A DNA stretch of 43,114 bases from an uncultured Candidatus Saccharibacteria bacterium (GTDB lineage: Bacteria; Patescibacteriota; Dojkabacteria; SC72). The stretch is taken from NCBI GenBank assembly GCA_964449955.1, contig CAYVBS010000004.1, positions 1 through 43,114 on the forward strand, given 5' to 3'. The translations under genes were made by a program, and so were the position numbers. The notes below the pieces were generated by a model, which worked only from the letters and a program-made list of their open reading frames with translations, was not told the DNA's origin and made no database searches. Positions 35,468 through 42,788 of this stretch are shown here, piece after piece (the stretch's first letter is position 1; each line of letters opens with the position of its first letter).

Positions 35468-35654
35468 GTGTGAAATTGGTGAGGAGAACCAGGGACGGCT
35501 GTAAAAGAACAAAATATACAACCGTCCCGGTCGGGGCCTGGGATTTTCCAGAGGCTCCCCTTTGAGCACGCTTTACTCGTTCCCAGATCCCCATGAATCC
35601 AGATCTTCTCAGCTGGCTGTAGCCGAATCTTGTCTAAAGATCTGATTTCGACAC
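35468..35654. ncRNA. Candidate ~190-nt structured non-coding RNA (family not recognised)
   Basis: 384-nt ORF-free gap. Visibly GC-enriched relative to flanks. Closing helix 35468-35476/35645-35654. 7-9-bp stem 35489-35498/35522-35530. GGGG/CCCC stem 35533-35560. 8-bp stem 35600-35607/35637-35644 enclosing GGC-tgta-GCC. Confidence 0.4.
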
Positions 35655-35822
35655 CATGTTCTAGAACTACCTAATATCGGTTGTCAATACAGTATATTTG
35701 AGAAAAAAGGTGGGAACAGATTTAATACAAATGAATAGTTATTTGTTATGGGTTTCTTGACCAATCTTTCATATATGTAATATCCTAGATTAGGTCAAAA
35801 TTAGTTATCGGTTTCAATTATT

Positions 35823-36296
35823 ATGCCAAATAACAAGGAAAGTAAAAAAGTTGTAGTTCCTAGACAAAGTGTACACGTAGTATTCTTCTCATGTCCTGAC
35901 TGTGGTGAAGAAACAGAACACATTCAGATGTGTCCTGATTGCGGAAAGACAATGAGAGTAATAGATGTAGTAGAGAAGTTTGGAGAAGAAGCAGATGAGT
36001 TTCTTAAGAAGGTTAAAGAGAAAGTAGAGAATGGTACACTTAAGAAAGATGATTTCATTGCTTCTAACTCTGATGAGTCTCCTAATATCATAGTTTTAGG
36101 AGATGATGATGATGTTAATGATGATGCTACATTGGATGATATATTCCCTGATGATGAAGAAAGTTCAGCCTCTTCTGCCCCAGAGGATCTTACTGATCTT
36201 GAGGATATAGTTGCAGAATTAGATAAAGAAGAGGATGACGACTTCTCCCTTGATTCACTTGATGACTTGGGTGAAGAGGGTCTCCCCGAACTGTAG
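35823..36296 (+). CDS. Zinc-ribbon protein with a long acidic C-terminal tail
   Basis: CPDCGEETEHIQMCPDCG (CxxC-x9-CxxC). The C-terminal half is dominated by D/E/S residues. Confidence 0.55.
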   Translation: MPNNKESKKVVVPRQSVHVVFFSCPDCGEETEHIQMCPDCGKTMRVIDVVEKFGEEADEFLKKVKEKVENGTLKKDDFIASNSDESPNIIVLGDDDDVNDDATLDDIFPDDEESSASSAPEDLTDLEDIVAELDKEEDDDFSLDSLDDLGEEGLPEL

Positions 36297-36298
36297 TA

Positions 36299-37453
36299 AT
36301 GCACAAAAGTAAAGTAGAGAAAAAGTGGGGTAAGGTCGCCATTATTGCTGACCAGATGACTCAGTTTGGTGGTGCAGATAGGGAGATGTTCTCTATATTA
36401 AAACTGTTTCCTAATGCTGATATATTCACTATTCTTTTTAACAAGAATGCTTACAGTAATATTAAGCAGAAGATATATACCAGCTTTGTACAGAAGATAC
36501 CTGCCCCTAAAAGTTTTTACAGACATCTTAAAGTATTTACACCAATTGCATATGAGAGTTTCGATCTAAGAGGATATGACCTTGTGATAAGTATATCTGC
36601 TGGACCAGCGAAAGGTGTTGTCACTGGTATAGATCAACCACATGTTGCAATGGTAATGACACCTCCCCGAAGTCTGTGGGATATGGAGTTAAATGTAAGA
36701 GCTTCGCACTTAAAAAACCTCTATAGGCCAATGTCTGTTGTGATCAATAACTACATGAGAGTGTGGGATTACTCAATCTCTAAGCGAGTAGATCATTGGA
36801 CAGCTAACTCAAAATACATAGCTAGAAAGATAAAGAAGATATATGGCGCAAATGCTACTGTACTGTATCCAGGTATAGAAAAGAAGTGCTTTGAAAAGAT
36901 AAATAGTAGAAAACAGAAGGAGTTAAGAGAGAGGTTTGATATACATGGAGAATTCTTCTTAGTAGTATCCCGTCTCTTTGATTACAAGAATGTAGACCTA
37001 GCTATCAGGGCATGTAAGCAAACCGATAAACAGTTAGTAGTAATTGGGGAGGGTCCAGACCTTCCATATTTAAAGAGAGTCGCTGATGGTAATCCTAATA
37101 TTAAGTTCATTGGTTTTCTTAAATCTGATTCTGATGTAAGAGCTTTTTACAATATGTCTCAGGCATTGATATTCTGTGGAGTAGAAGATTTTGGTCTTGT
37201 TCCTGTTGAAGCTATGGCTCAGGGTACTCCTGTGATTGCATATGGGGAGGGTGGTGTTTTAGAAACTGTAGTAGAAGATGTGAGTGGAGTATTCTTTAAA
37301 ACTGAAGAGGAATTGATAAATATACTTAAGGAATTTAGTAAGAAAGGATATAATGCAGAGAGAGTAATTAATCAGGCTAGAAATTTTACTGAAGAGGAAT
37401 TTCTTAAAAATCTAGAAATATATCTAAATCACATCTATGAGAACAGAAAGTAA
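36299..37453 (+). CDS. GT4-family glycosyltransferase
   Basis: QFGGADREM N-terminus. EDFGLVPVEAMAQGTPVIAYGEGGVLETV (E-x7-E). Confidence 0.8.
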   Translation: MHKSKVEKKWGKVAIIADQMTQFGGADREMFSILKLFPNADIFTILFNKNAYSNIKQKIYTSFVQKIPAPKSFYRHLKVFTPIAYESFDLRGYDLVISISAGPAKGVVTGIDQPHVAMVMTPPRSLWDMELNVRASHLKNLYRPMSVVINNYMRVWDYSISKRVDHWTANSKYIARKIKKIYGANATVLYPGIEKKCFEKINSRKQKELRERFDIHGEFFLVVSRLFDYKNVDLAIRACKQTDKQLVVIGEGPDLPYLKRVADGNPNIKFIGFLKSDSDVRAFYNMSQALIFCGVEDFGLVPVEAMAQGTPVIAYGEGGVLETVVEDVSGVFFKTEEELINILKEFSKKGYNAERVINQARNFTEEEFLKNLEIYLNHIYENRK

Positions 37454-38612
37454 ATACAAGATAGCAGTAGTTAGTGATCCTTTGTTTAAGTTTGGTGGGG
37501 CAGAGAAACATCTGCAATATATTCTTGAGACATTTCCCAACAGTGTTTTGTATACTGCTTACTGTGATAGGGATTTTGTAAAACAGTATTTCCCAAATGT
37601 AGTTGTAAAGACTTCTTTTATGCAATATTTGCCTGGGAAGTGGAGTTTAAGATATCTGTATTTCTTGCTACAGCCATTGGCATACAGGAGTTTTAGGTTT
37701 AAGGATTTTGATGGTATTGTTTCTCTTTCTATATCGTTTGCTAAGTTTGCTAGAGGTAGGATACCTCATGTAAATATATGTATGTCTCCTTCTAAGTTTT
37801 TCTGGGAGAAGGAGGGCAGATCTCTTAAACAGGTTGAGCAGTTGAAGGGTGTTAACAGATTTCTTTTTAAGTTCTACTCCTTTTTTATGGATACATTCCT
37901 AGAGGATATCTGGAAGAGGTGGGACAGGGGAGCAGCTCAGAGAGTGGATAGGGTGATTGCAATATCTAAAGTAGTCCAAAAGAGGATTCGTGAATACTAT
38001 CAGAGGGACTCTGATGTGATATATCCTCCAGTAGAGGTCAAAGAGATTGAGAGTAAAACCAAGGGTATTAGGAAAGAGAATTGGTTTCTGTATTTAGGTA
38101 GGGTTGAGACCTACAAGGGTGTTGAGCTCGCTATTCGTGCTGCATGGGATGCTAAGGTTCCTCTTAAGATTGCTGGTACGGGAGATGATTTAGAGAATAT
38201 GAAGGATTTGGTTAAAGCTTTAAATGCTAAGGGTTTTGTAAAGTTTCTTGGTTTTGTTAGTGAGGAAGAGAAGCTGAACTTACTTGCTAAAACTAAAGCT
38301 TTGATATTTCCTGTTAGAAAGGAAGATTTTGGAATTGTACCTGTAGAGGCTAATGCTGCTGGTGCACCTGTGATTGCTTTTAAAGAGGGTGGTGTTTTAG
38401 AAACTATCTCTGATTCTAATCCTAAGACTGGTATCTTTTTTGAGAAGTATGATCACAAGGCATTGGGAAAGATCTTAAAGAAGTTTGATGGTAGGGCGTA
38501 TCGGGCAGATAACTGTAGGAAACAGGCTGAGAATTTTGCAGTAGAGATATTTAAATACAAATTGAGAACTTACGTAGAAGATGTTTTACAGAGTAGTAAA
38601 GAGAATACTTGA
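37437..38612 (+). CDS. GT4-family glycosyltransferase, tandem paralogue of 36299..37453
   Basis: KFGGAEKHL N-terminus. EDFGIVPVEANAAGAPVIAFKEGGVLETI. 17-nt overlap with the upstream gene. Confidence 0.8.
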   Translation: MRTESKYKIAVVSDPLFKFGGAEKHLQYILETFPNSVLYTAYCDRDFVKQYFPNVVVKTSFMQYLPGKWSLRYLYFLLQPLAYRSFRFKDFDGIVSLSISFAKFARGRIPHVNICMSPSKFFWEKEGRSLKQVEQLKGVNRFLFKFYSFFMDTFLEDIWKRWDRGAAQRVDRVIAISKVVQKRIREYYQRDSDVIYPPVEVKEIESKTKGIRKENWFLYLGRVETYKGVELAIRAAWDAKVPLKIAGTGDDLENMKDLVKALNAKGFVKFLGFVSEEEKLNLLAKTKALIFPVRKEDFGIVPVEANAAGAPVIAFKEGGVLETISDSNPKTGIFFEKYDHKALGKILKKFDGRAYRADNCRKQAENFAVEIFKYKLRTYVEDVLQSSKENT

Positions 38613-39219
38613 TCTCTTAGTTGCTACAACTTTGTGGATAGCGGTATCCCCCCTTATGTTGTTAATATCCATAGTGATCAAGCTTTATGATGGTGGGGAG
38701 GTCTTTGTAGGTACTCCTATGAGAAAGGGATTGAATGGTGACTATTTCTTTATGTTCAAGTTTCGTACTATGGTTGCTAATGCTTACCAGCTTGCAATGA
38801 ATGATGTTAGTATGAGGGAGGAGTTGCTTTCTAACAACAAGTTGAGTAATGATCGCAGGGTAACCAGGGTGGGTAGATTTTTAAGGAATACAGATTTGGA
38901 TGAGCTTCCTCAGTTGATAAATGTGATATTGGGGAATATGAGTTTGGTTGGTCCAAGGCCTTACTACAAAGAGGAAGTAGATTACTATTTAGAAAAGAAT
39001 CCTGCCGATGTAAAATATTTTAAGAAGATCTTTCTAGCTAAACCTGGTATTACTGGTCCTTGGCAGGTGGGAGGTAGAAACAGTATCCCTATGGGAAAGC
39101 GTATACGTATGGAAGCGGAGTATGTTTCTAATCCTAATCTTCTTACGGATCTATATATTTTGTTAAAGACTCCTTTTGTAGTTCTTACTAGGAAGGGAGT
39201 GAGGGGTAAGAATGTCTAG
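38581..39219 (+). CDS. Small monotopic phosphoglycosyl transferase (bacterial sugar transferase, WbaP/PglC-like), the initiating enzyme
   Basis: N-terminal re-entrant helix (LLVATTLWIAVSPLMLLISIVIKL). KFRTM, DELPQLINVILGNMSLVGPRP, PGITGPWQV. Confidence 0.85.
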   Translation: MFYRVVKRILDLLVATTLWIAVSPLMLLISIVIKLYDGGEVFVGTPMRKGLNGDYFFMFKFRTMVANAYQLAMNDVSMREELLSNNKLSNDRRVTRVGRFLRNTDLDELPQLINVILGNMSLVGPRPYYKEEVDYYLEKNPADVKYFKKIFLAKPGITGPWQVGGRNSIPMGKRIRMEAEYVSNPNLLTDLYILLKTPFVVLTRKGVRGKNV

Positions 39220-39829
39220 AGATATTGTTACAGTTATAAAGTCGGTTAACTATTCTGAGGCAGACAAGGTACTGACTGTTTTTGGTAAGAGTATGGGTAA
39301 GTTTCCACTTTTTGCAAAAGGTATTAGGAAGATCAATAGTAAGAACAGGGGTAATATGCAGACCCTGTGTACTAGTGATATCTCTTTCTTTGAAGGGAAG
39401 GGGTTGCCTGTATTAACTGAGTCTCAACTTCTTTACTCACCTGATCCGGATATTGTTAAGGGTAATGTTGAGAATATTGAGAGGGTGTTGATACTGCTTA
39501 ATAGGGTGGTTCCAGAGTACGATCCTAACCCTAAGGTTTTTGATTTGCTCCAGAGTGTACTTAAGAAGAGCTTCCAGACAGAGTATGTTAATAGGTTTAG
39601 AGTGCTTTTCTTGAAGGAGGTTGGTTTTTTACAGGACTTTACCCATTGTAATATTTGTGGTGGTAAGGAGAACCTTAAATATATTGATATTTCCTCTTTT
39701 GCACTTCTTTGTAAGAACTGCTACAGTAAAGTGAGAAGTAGTTATGAGTTAGGTGAGAATCCATACGGTAAAGGATTTTTTACACAAGCATTAGATGAAT
39801 ATGTAAGGAGAGTGATCGAAGAAATCTAG
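39212..39829 (+). CDS. recO: DNA repair/recombination mediator RecO
   Basis: OB-fold N-terminus (IVTVIKSVNYSEADKVLTVFGKSMGKF...AKGIRK). Zinc motif CNICGG...CKNC. 8-nt overlap with the upstream gene. Confidence 0.8.
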   Translation: MSRDIVTVIKSVNYSEADKVLTVFGKSMGKFPLFAKGIRKINSKNRGNMQTLCTSDISFFEGKGLPVLTESQLLYSPDPDIVKGNVENIERVLILLNRVVPEYDPNPKVFDLLQSVLKKSFQTEYVNRFRVLFLKEVGFLQDFTHCNICGGKENLKYIDISSFALLCKNCYSKVRSSYELGENPYGKGFFTQALDEYVRRVIEEI

Positions 39830-39847
39830 GGTAACCCCGGGGTTACC
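39830..39847 (+). terminator. Perfect 18-nt GC-rich palindrome just after the recO stop; hairpin or terminator candidate
   Basis: GGTAACCCC/GGGGTTACC, followed by GCTTTTGTTG about 8 nt downstream. Confidence 0.45.
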
Positions 39848-39876
39848 AGAGTGCTTTTGTTGTGAGATATATAAGG

Positions 39877-39891
39877 ATACCCGGGTATAAT
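39877..39891 (+). promoter_or_regulatory. -10 box overlapped by a 12-bp palindrome; predicted leaderless promoter for 39899..41998
   Basis: ATACCCGGGTAT (39877-39888) overlaps TATAAT (39886-39891). ATG at 39899 lies 7 nt downstream. No SD. Confidence 0.5.
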
Positions 39892-39898
39892 ACATACT

Positions 39899-41998
39899 AT
39901 GAAAACTGCCTGTACAAAGTTGTTAGTGGTTTTACTGTTTTTGTTCTTACCTTTTGTTGTTTTGGGTCAGGAAGAGACGCCTGTTGAAGAATATGGTGTG
40001 AATATTGGTGCTGATATTAGGGTAGACCTTTTTTCTACGGTTACACTTAAGCCCGAAAGTGTGGAGATCTTTCAACCTAGTACTGTAGAGATTAGAGTAG
40101 TTAATCCTGATGGAGAGCCACTGTCTAATCGCTCAGTGGTTATAGTTGCTTCTGGTGTGAATATTACTCAACCTTCTAGTCGTACAGATATTACAGGTAA
40201 GAGTACTGGTTTAGTATCTGTGGGTATTCCTGGTGCTTACTCCATATGTGCTAAGGATGTTACGTTTGGATATGACATAGTTATACAGTCTTGTAAGACT
40301 TTGTATGTAGTACCATTAACTACTCCCACTATGCTTCCAGAGCCTGCATATACAAAGGGAACTAGCAATACAGTCATGTGGCAGACATTGGGTTCAGGAT
40401 ACAGGTATACTGTTCAGGCGAGCAGGAATGCTGGGTTTACTGATATTGTAGCTCAAGGTACATGGATTTCGGGTACTTCACATGAGTTTAAGAATCTTTC
40501 AAATGGTCAGATGTATTTCTACCGTGTTAAGGCTAGAAATTTGTATGGAGGGGAGAGTGCTTGGTCTAATTCTGTTTTCTCTGTACAGGATTCACAGAGT
40601 CCTCAAATTGAGATATTAGAGATTGGTGATGTAGGAGAGAACAATACTGTGAAGTGGGAGAATGATTTTGTGGTGAATATGAAATTTAGAGTGACAGACA
40701 ACTTGCAGCTTAAGTCTACAACGTTTAGTTGTATTAGAAAGAGTGGTGGTGCTACGGATTGTTCTGATGGTGGTAGTATGGTAGGTGATATTTTTGAAGT
40801 GAATGTTCGGTTGGATCAGTTAGAGAGGATTTCGGGTGTATATTTGTATGAGTCGTATGGTTTCTGTGTAGAGGCCGATGATATGGCCGGAAATGTTAAC
40901 AGAGTGTGTGATATTGTGTTGAATATTCCCAAGGGTGAGATTGTAATTCCGGGTGAGGAGGAGAAGCCTCCGGTAGTGCCTACTGAGCCAACTGTCATTG
41001 AGAGGATTGAGAAGGGTTTGGATGATTTAGATGTGATATTGGATAATACGGTTGGGAATTTAGATCAGAGTAATTTAGAGACTGTAACTACTACCACTAG
41101 TCTTGTTACTGTTTCTACAGCTATTACTATTGCTGCGGGTACTTTGTGGGAGATTCCATATTTCTTGATGCAGGCTGTGTTGGGTTTGCTCTCTTGGTTG
41201 GGTTTCAGAAAGAAGGGTAAACCTTTAGGTTTTGTATATGATGCAGTAACTAAGGAGCCTGTTTCTCAAGCTATTGTTAGAATTTTTGATGAGAGTAAAA
41301 AGATGGTGTGGTCTGATGTTACTGATTCTAATGGTTACTTTAATGCTCAGTTGAGTGCGGGGAGGTACAGGATCGGGGTGAGGAGTTCGAAGTATTCATT
41401 TCCTTCTAGTATTGTGTTTGGTAAGGAGGATTATCCTTTGTCCAATATTTATCATGGTGAGGAGTTTGATATTTCTGGTGGGGAGGATATTAGGTATGCT
41501 ATTCCGATGGATCCTTTGGAGTTGTCTAAGTTTAGATTGTTTGTTGAGAGTTTCTTTGGTAGGTTTAAGTTTTTGCTTAATTTCTTGCATGTAGTACTGT
41601 TTGTTAGTGGTTTAACAGTTAGTATCTATGCTTATACTTTGTATGGAGGTACTGTTAACTTAATTATTCTTCTCCTCTTTATTCCTTCTTTCTTCCTAAT
41701 GGTTAGAAATATTCTAAGAGGTAGGGGTAGGTACGGTGTAGTTACAGATGTGGAGGGTAAGAGGGTAGAGGGTGTGGTAGTTGGTTTAAGGGAGATTGAG
41801 TTTGACAAGATTGTTGCTAAAAGGGTTACTGATAGGTTGGGGAGGTATAGGTTTGTTGTTGGGAAGGGGGAATATGAGGTAGTGGTATTGGAGACTGGTT
41901 TTAGGGTAGAGAGTGTTAGGGATGGTAGTCTGGTTTCTGTAAAGGGAGAGAGGGAGAGTGTTGTTGCTAGGGATATTACTGTTAGTAAGTTGTCTTAG
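39899..41998 (+). CDS. Cell-surface protein with signal peptide, Ig-like and FN3 domains, and a C-terminal TM/CarboxypepD_reg-like anchor module
   Basis: Signal peptide LLVVLLFLFLPFVVLG. FN3 signature YFYRVKARNLYGGESAWS. PLSNIYHGEEF and AKRVTDRLGRYRFV blocks shared with the protein at 1..3144. Confidence 0.75.
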   Translation: MKTACTKLLVVLLFLFLPFVVLGQEETPVEEYGVNIGADIRVDLFSTVTLKPESVEIFQPSTVEIRVVNPDGEPLSNRSVVIVASGVNITQPSSRTDITGKSTGLVSVGIPGAYSICAKDVTFGYDIVIQSCKTLYVVPLTTPTMLPEPAYTKGTSNTVMWQTLGSGYRYTVQASRNAGFTDIVAQGTWISGTSHEFKNLSNGQMYFYRVKARNLYGGESAWSNSVFSVQDSQSPQIEILEIGDVGENNTVKWENDFVVNMKFRVTDNLQLKSTTFSCIRKSGGATDCSDGGSMVGDIFEVNVRLDQLERISGVYLYESYGFCVEADDMAGNVNRVCDIVLNIPKGEIVIPGEEEKPPVVPTEPTVIERIEKGLDDLDVILDNTVGNLDQSNLETVTTTTSLVTVSTAITIAAGTLWEIPYFLMQAVLGLLSWLGFRKKGKPLGFVYDAVTKEPVSQAIVRIFDESKKMVWSDVTDSNGYFNAQLSAGRYRIGVRSSKYSFPSSIVFGKEDYPLSNIYHGEEFDISGGEDIRYAIPMDPLELSKFRLFVESFFGRFKFLLNFLHVVLFVSGLTVSIYAYTLYGGTVNLIILLLFIPSFFLMVRNILRGRGRYGVVTDVEGKRVEGVVVGLREIEFDKIVAKRVTDRLGRYRFVVGKGEYEVVVLETGFRVESVRDGSLVSVKGERESVVARDITVSKLS

Positions 41999-42003
41999 TA
42001 ATA

Positions 42004-42032
42004 TTGCAAAAACATCAATAGCTTGGTATTAT
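42004..42032 (+). promoter_or_regulatory. Promoter of tRNA-Lys
   Basis: TTGCAA (42004-42009), 17-nt spacer, TGgTATTAT (42024-42032), about 47 nt upstream of the tRNA. Confidence 0.55.
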
Positions 42033-42079
42033 TCTATGGTTTATACATCGTGGGTGTAGGTCCTACACTCCACTGACGT

Positions 42080-42152
42080 GGGTGTATAGCTCAACTGGTA
42101 GAGCAAACGGCTCTTAACCGTTAGGTTCAGGGTTCGAGCCCCTGTACACCCA
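42080..42152 (+). tRNA. tRNA-Lys(CUU): tRNA-Lys, anticodon CUU; CCA not encoded
   Basis: Hand-folded cloverleaf. Acceptor GGGTGTA/TACACCC. D arm GCTC-AACTGGTA-GAGC. Anticodon arm AACGG-CTCTTAA-CCGTT. Variable loop AGGTT. T arm CAGGG-TTCGAGC-CCCTG. Discriminator A. Confidence 0.95.
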
Positions 42153-42204
42153 TTTCCTCAGATTTTTATAAAAATGATATCATTAGCAGTAGGTTGGTTG
42201 GGAG

Positions 42205-42229
42205 TTGGGGAGCTCTCCAAACTATTTTT
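42205..42229 (+). terminator. Weak terminator candidate downstream of tRNA-Lys
   Basis: TTGGGG-agct-CTCCAA hairpin (6 bp including one G-U), then ACTATTTTTA. Confidence 0.35.
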
Positions 42230-42250
42230 ATAGTTTGCGATGTGATTCAT

Positions 42251-42294
42251 CTATGGGAGAAATCCTGAAGCGGTTCAAGTCCGACAACCCATAG
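42251..42294 (+). other. tRNA-like minihelix or decayed tRNA 3' fragment
   Basis: CTATGGG (42251-42257) pairs with CCCATAG (42288-42294) and encloses GCGGTTCAAGTCCGAC, a T-arm-like GGTTCAAGTCC motif with a degenerate stem. Confidence 0.4.
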
Positions 42295-42297
42295 TTA

Positions 42298-42777
42298 TTA
42301 AGAAGCTTGTTCTATCTCTATATTTCCATTGATTTCTGTTAATTGTTCTGTTGAGTATTCTTCCACTATTTTTACTTCAGGGTTGTTCTTGATCTCCTCA
42401 TACAGCTCTGATCTGGAATATTCAGTAATCCTTTCTGGTATCTGAGGTTCAGTACTATACCACTCTCCACTTCCTTTTAGTTCTTGCCAATTTCCATCTT
42501 CAGAGTCGAATTCGTATATAAATACTGTGTCTGAGAGAGTTTGTTCGTTTAGAGGATTTAGCAAGGTAACTTTAAGATTTGCAGATTTAGATAGGCTGTT
42601 TAGGTAGAAGGGCACGTTTTTTCCGAATACACAGAATATTTTCGCAACGATCTCTGATTCTGTAGCAAATATTACACCCTCAGGAGTGGGAGGTGGAAAT
42701 TTCTCTATATCTGAATGATGTAGAGGTTGGAGTGGGAATGCATCTGCTTTAATCTTACTCCCTTTATACAGTTTCAT
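42298..42777 (-). CDS. Hypothetical protein
   Basis: 159-aa ORF with no recognisable motif. Coding-like composition. Confidence 0.45.
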   Translation of the reverse strand: MKLYKGSKIKADAFPLQPLHHSDIEKFPPPTPEGVIFATESEIVAKIFCVFGKNVPFYLNSLSKSANLKVTLLNPLNEQTLSDTVFIYEFDSEDGNWQELKGSGEWYSTEPQIPERITEYSRSELYEEIKNNPEVKIVEEYSTEQLTEINGNIEIEQAS

Positions 42778-42788
42778 ATTTCAAGATA

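Larger units (their letters stand above)
39829..39901. repeat. Copy B of the ~73-bp intergenic cassette; copy A is at 9021-9093
   Basis: Same anchors GTAACCCCG (39831) and ACCCGGGTAT (39879) with 48-nt spacing. 47/73 identities ungapped. Confidence 0.55.

Noticed and set aside
35468-35654. Identification of the GC-rich element as SRP (4.5S) RNA, tmRNA, RNase P RNA or a group II intron domain V
   Set aside because: It lacks the helix-8 GGAA tetraloop with flanking AGCAGC and CAGG motifs. It has no GGTTCGA T arm or CCA-type end, no GAGGAAAGTCC P4 signature, and no domain V consensus. It is therefore kept only as an unclassified candidate.
35924-36304. 126-aa ORF antisense to the acidic zinc-ribbon protein
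   Set aside because: It is a Ser-rich mirror of GAT/GAA-rich codons. The sense frame has the CxxC...CxxC ribbon and sits in the operon context.
42004-42777. Integrated mobile element or prophage at tRNA-Lys
   Set aside because: No integrase, recombinase or phage-like gene is present. The duplicated segment is the tRNA 5' end rather than the 3' end used by most integrases. Only the decayed tRNA-like fragment is retained as an observation.
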